A stretch of DNA of 49,633 bases. Source: Leidyana gryllorum EB-2025a. Lineage: Eukaryota; Protista; Apicomplexa. The notes under the pieces were generated by a model that had not been told where the DNA came from, did not search any database, and saw nothing but the letters and a program-made list of their open reading frames with translations. The position numbers and the translations under genes were made by a program. Within the stretch, counting starts at the first letter, position 1; every line of letters begins with the position of its first letter. Shown here one piece after another: positions 46,301 to 49,633 of this stretch. Location: assembly GCA_048772705.1 (NCBI GenBank), contig JBLWGC010000012.1, positions 1-49,633 on the forward strand, written 5' to 3'.

Positions 46301-46955
46301 ACCGTCTGGGAGTAGCGGCGGTGAGCGTAAGCCCGAAGACGAGGAGACGAGCAAACGTCTGGCGCGGCAGCAGCGTTTCGGGACTAATTCTGGTGGAGGT
46401 GTCCGGCAGCCGGGTGGTCCCCCGAGTCACCAGACGACAAACACGTCGTCGTCGACGACTACAGCTGGGAACAATGGCGGCGGTACTCAGGGCGGCGAGA
46501 AGAGAGTATTTCTAATGGTTGACGAGTTTCGGAAAGCGGCTGGGAAGCAACAGGAGAGGGAGGACCGGAAACGAACGCGGACTCAGCAGCAGGAAGGCGG
46601 CAGCGGATCGGCCGCGAACCCCGGAGAGGGAGGGAGTCATTCGGACAGTCATCATGAACCTTTGAAGCGGCGTCGTAAGGAAGACGAGCGGCGACGAGCG
46701 GTCCATTTGGAAGATCACTCGCCTGCACCCCCCGTGCGGCAAGCGCCGCCCGAACAGCCCGGCGGTGGGCGCAGAGAGGACGGTCTCGCCGCGGCTCGCT
46801 TACTTGTTGCCAGTTTGCCTCAGGATAGGCGTCATCGACAGTCATCGACAAACAGTTTAAGGCGGCGAAGGCGGCCGCGCAGTCCACAGCCCAATAATGG
46901 GTCCACTTCGCAGAGTAACTCTAAAAAGCGACCGAGGAATTCTCTTTACACGTGA
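43329..46955 (+). CDS. RBBP6/Mpe1-like protein (DWNN + RING), with possible degenerate YTH-like domain and RD/RS-rich tail
   Basis: DWNN-like N-terminus (ISVAEAKIRI...FDLLL...DDYELV.PGS.LVV.R), RING CIAC...C...C.VC...CPQC followed by IPNKTL, Pro/Gln-rich middle, RD/RE/RS repeats. Confidence 0.75.
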   Translation: MASSLIVFRASFETEDHQRFLDTQGSAISVAEAKIRIAKELALEKEFARRFDLLLKLISPDGSERELRDDYELVMPGSNLVVQRTLWRRLEDVVHRAEEHVLEWKQEPEAIVPAAEPLKPKVKEPLPQRFICIACGGVLRSAMVVRCASSCNVSVCKVCAERLLAETQPAQCPQCKQAVKNFIPNKTLIGIITKLDLSHYILPDRHEAAEPPPTPVEAPAFMIFLRPQQIQVVHEESHVLIPTANYELVDEILRSTQAVTLIVFGSSGGGTSLLAPGILKVTQITGLPTPDVPANCHPAADAAAKPLEKSLTAEQEAGIRKTWVEDDEVDNKRAYLLCKCAWELRFDSVALLPGKAQPIAGIWSGARRVFSTPNKHFESTRLSPAHKQGISTRLGQEALYSRSARNTAPHPSSNGPPPTLPPPQQQPQQTAPSMVHPASTHMDKDAAPQTGGFVFNPAANAWTGSNPVVKDRFKGTLVPANSKFTALNEELAVNPLLPLASLVTKLDRPAFLLLQRVQELSLQLLAAKGPVNPDLMKNLRGIKGNVFNEPTPPSSMGPSATSAAGGRGGPAEPPKGRRQRSAPRPTPYDMMPRPHAPMRPQQLPPQQQQQQAVVGPERPQQSAVPGQPWMNVPVMRRRPQPQQPPQPRPVYQVRPWVGAHDPLHQQQQYMPPPRQMMPVRPYPIPHHMDEGMQPAHVWAKPRMIQAHDRPLYPRPVFTQQLPPTAVMHSTPPGGFYSGIQSYARDAYLSPAGDRPSSERPSFDWDPSSSDVDRFPDEHHRDRDRDRDRERSDRERGDRERSDRERSDRERSDRDRDRDRFDRERERVDRERIDRDRGGRRESRSRDSPPPRYPSRPNTRDFYTSMEEERRSSSRQSPPSPKDRSRTSSKRRYDDHANGRRGSDSQRANEGAGSISSRFVGTRRGSGGGGGGGSDRRRGSGGGTGRREESAAAASKPYWREHHEGGGGVPPASSDTSWRRERHSDSKRDTSRPSGSSGGERKPEDEETSKRLARQQRFGTNSGGGVRQPGGPPSHQTTNTSSSTTTAGNNGGGTQGGEKRVFLMVDEFRKAAGKQQEREDRKRTRTQQQEGGSGSAANPGEGGSHSDSHHEPLKRRRKEDERRRAVHLEDHSPAPPVRQAPPEQPGGGRREDGLAAARLLVASLPQDRRHRQSSTNSLRRRRRPRSPQPNNGSTSQSNSKKRPRNSLYT
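45665..45835 (+). repeat. Coding RD/RE(S) dipeptide and 15-nt tandem repeats
   Basis: GA(C/T)CGGGAGAGGAG(C/T) units encoding DRERS repeats. Confidence 0.7.
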
Positions 46956-47044
46956 TCGGTGTGTATAGTACCACAATGCTGTCCTGCTCGCTACCAACCA
47001 ATCCATCCTTCTCTAACACACCTATAATTTTATTTTTTTAGCTC

Positions 47045-47545
47045 ATGGCAGACCTCGACGATGACTATGACCTCGGAGCAGACGACGACATATTCAACGA
47101 GAATGAGCTCGACGAAGAACAAGAGGGAGAAGACGAATTAGGCGAAAACGAAGACGGCAACAAAGAATCCACACCCGACGCCGATGGGCCCAGAACCCAT
47201 CGACCCGACTCCCGACCTGTGTAAGTCCAAACAAACAACTCACTCACTCCACAATCGCCTCAGCGAGGGTCCACGTCAAACCTCCCCATATATGACCAAA
47301 TTTGAACGTGCCCGTGTCATAGGCACACGCGCACTCCAAATCAGGTAGGGCCGCCCACCCGCTGCTCAACACGCTTTGTCATCAGTCAAGGTGCCCCAGT
47401 CACAGTTCCGATTGAAGGCGAAAACGATCCAATTGTATTAGCCGAAAAAGAGTTGGCTGCCAAAACTTTGCCCTTCATTGTTCGACGCTACTTGCCAAAT
47501 GGGGACTATGAGGACTGGTCAATCGAGGAACTCATTGTAGATTGA
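47045..47545 (+). CDS. RPB6: DNA-directed RNA polymerases I, II and III subunit RPB6 (2 introns)
   Basis: Acidic N-terminus; PYMTKFERARVIGTRALQIS.GAP, DP...AEKEL....LPFIVRRYLPNG.YEDWSIEEL. Not in the ORF track because the exons are short. Confidence 0.95.
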
Positions 47546-47600
47546 AAACAACAAAGTCGAACACGCGAGGCAGCAGCGGCACAGAGGCACTCAACAAAGC

Positions 47601-47628
47601 TATAATAATAATAACGATAATGATAATG
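47601..47628. repeat. Imperfect (AAT)n trinucleotide tract
   Basis: tataataataataacgataatgataat. Confidence 0.55.
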
Positions 47629-49633
47629 TCAGACCAGAGGTCCTCCACAAACTGAATGCGAAACGAATAAAACTGCCTCACGGCACCATCTAGTAAAAGG
47701 CGAGATGGTGATACGCTATGAGCCGTCCGCTATTTCACACAATTTTTCGCGAATTCGACAAACATTCAAAGGAGACACGACTCACAATTATCACAAAAAT
47801 AGTCAGTATATGGGCCACCGCCCAACAGACCCAACACCGCTGCAAACGCAATGTCGCCTCTCCGCCAATCACCCCGAGCCTCCAAACGCCTGGTGGGGTA
47901 ACTCCCCACTGTAATCCGGTCGGAAGGCACTATCATCGAACACAAACACGGAATGCCGAGTGGTCCCGTCCCCAGGGCCCAGCCTCCCCGCCGGTGGCGC
48001 CGGAAGGCACCCTCGGCGTGGAGACAACCGGGCGACCACACTAGGCCGGACACGGAGCGAGTCAGCCGCCCACTGGGATCCGGGGCCGGGAGAACCACCT
48101 CTGCAACCTTTTTCCACAATCGACCAAAGTTCATCCAATCAATCGGAATCAGAACTGCTCAGCTGCTTTTTAATCTAACTACTCTGCCCCACTCTAATCT
48201 GACGAAAAAATGGTCTATCGCCAACTTTGAGGCCCCTCCCGAGAAAAAGTCATCCGGTCGATGGTGACTTGGCCGGGGCTTCCGACCCTTCACCCTCTGT
48301 CCCGCCAAAATGGACATTTCAGGCGACATTCACAAAACTTGTCGCACACTCCAGGAGACACGACTGATACCTCCGATCAAACTTTGTATAAAACTCAACT
48401 TACCTGCGGGTTGCAGTGCCTGAATCAACAAGCGGGGACGCAGGGAGAGGAGCAACCACTGCACTCTGGTGAATGTAAGTCTCCCGGAAGGGTTACACAC
48501 AGTGTGATTCTCCCACCTGAGACTTTCTGACAGGGCGGACGAGGCTCGACTCGACGCCGACAAAAGCGGAGAAGTTCACTGAGGATTGAAGAAGAAAAGA
48601 TGGATACCGCCTCCTACGGACCGCCTCTCGACACCGCTCAGCTCAAAGCTCTCCTCTCTTCCAAAGAACCCCCCCGGCCCTCCGTTCGCCTCCCGGACTT
48701 CACGCGGTCGATACGACAGACGCCTGAGTCAAAGAGATGACCGGGACAGGCGCGAAGAGTCATTGGAGCTCTTTGGTTCAACTCGCTGTCTCCGACTGTC
48801 GCTGAATATAGTTAGTTAGACTCGCGAACGAGGTGACAACACAACGAGCACAGATGGCAACTCGAGAGATCACCAGTCTTTACTTCGCTCATCAGTGCTC
48901 AGTGACGGGGAGGAATACTGAACTGAATTGAACTCAACTGAATCGATGAAAGTAAACAACTTCGAGCCGCAAGCGGGTCAATGGCCCTCCCACGAACTTT
49001 CTTTAATCACATAAAAGTTCAATGATCGGAGTGAGCTTCCGAAAACACAACAATCCTCATAGGACGCACTGGATTTTGAGAGAGAGCTGCCAGCGATCGA
49101 GACCGCGAGTTCCCTTTTTAACCCGTCCCCTTTGTCTACTCTTAGTCGCTTGATACGGCTAGGCGAAACGTCCGAGGAGACTGTTTTTCAGCTTCCAGAA
49201 TCCACTCAGTCCCCGAGGGTGGGGTCCTCTGGGCAGCGCAGCACCATTGATCGTACTTCGATTGGATTGTGGCCAGCGGCCCTCCTACAATCGTCTCCTG
49301 GAGGGAAAGTTTCATCAACATCAACCGCAACGGCAGTCAGAGAGATGCCATCCATATGCTATGGAAGCCGATACAACCACCACAGATACCTCAGACAGAG
49401 TAGACATCCCTCGGTGGCCCTTCATCGCCATCCAAGGAGAACGGACCATATGGAAATCCACCGACCGGACACTCAAGTGTTCTACCACCTACAATATACC
49501 TCAGTCCTGGCATCTCACTTCCTTCACTCGTTCATCTCCCACCACGCCAACAAGATGAGTATCAGTAGTGAACCCTCCTTCCACACCCTCTGTCCTGATA
49601 AAGATGAGGAACTTCTACGCTTCACTTCGCCAT

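Noticed and set aside
45505-46887. Several overlapping ORFs in the RBBP6-like tail
   Set aside because: GC-rich low-complexity sequence depleted of stops in all frames.
48918-48943. (AACTG)n-like pentamer run
   Set aside because: Too short and degenerate to interpret.
1-49633. CRISPR arrays, tRNA/rRNA genes, transposases or reverse transcriptases (including a chromovirus reading of the chromodomains)
   Set aside because: No repeat-spacer arrays, cloverleafs, rRNA motifs, integrase or RT motifs seen; the chromodomains splice into a host SP-RING gene.

Overview
Gene-dense eukaryotic DNA with GT-AG introns mostly ~45-60 nt long (GTGAGT/GTAAG donors) and very short intergenic spaces. An apicomplexan, probably a gregarine, is inferred from PfMDR1-style inserts in the ABCB proteins, the V-ATPase a N-terminus and a phosphoglucan water dikinase; this is not proven. 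Contents in order: three tandem ABCB/MDR1-like genes (one intact, two with frameshifts, one of those also with a deletion), PPAT-like nucleotidyltransferase, V-ATPase subunit a, CSL4, RPA3, a chromodomain-PHD-SP-RING (SIZ/PIAS-like) SUMO E3, an Hsp70-lid-like microprotein, a COPI-associated membrane protein, SmB, PUF6, two intronless YqjM-type Old Yellow Enzymes, RPP40-like, RPL31, EI24-like, PWD, USB1, RBBP6/Mpe1-like with a possible degenerate YTH domain, RPB6 and several hypothetical genes. The best candidates for novelty are the double-chromodomain SIZ-type SUMO ligase, the YTH-like module in RBBP6, the stand-alone Hsp70-lid-like ORF and the oversized structured introns. Gene models were spliced by eye and family assignments come from remembered motifs; no database searches were run.
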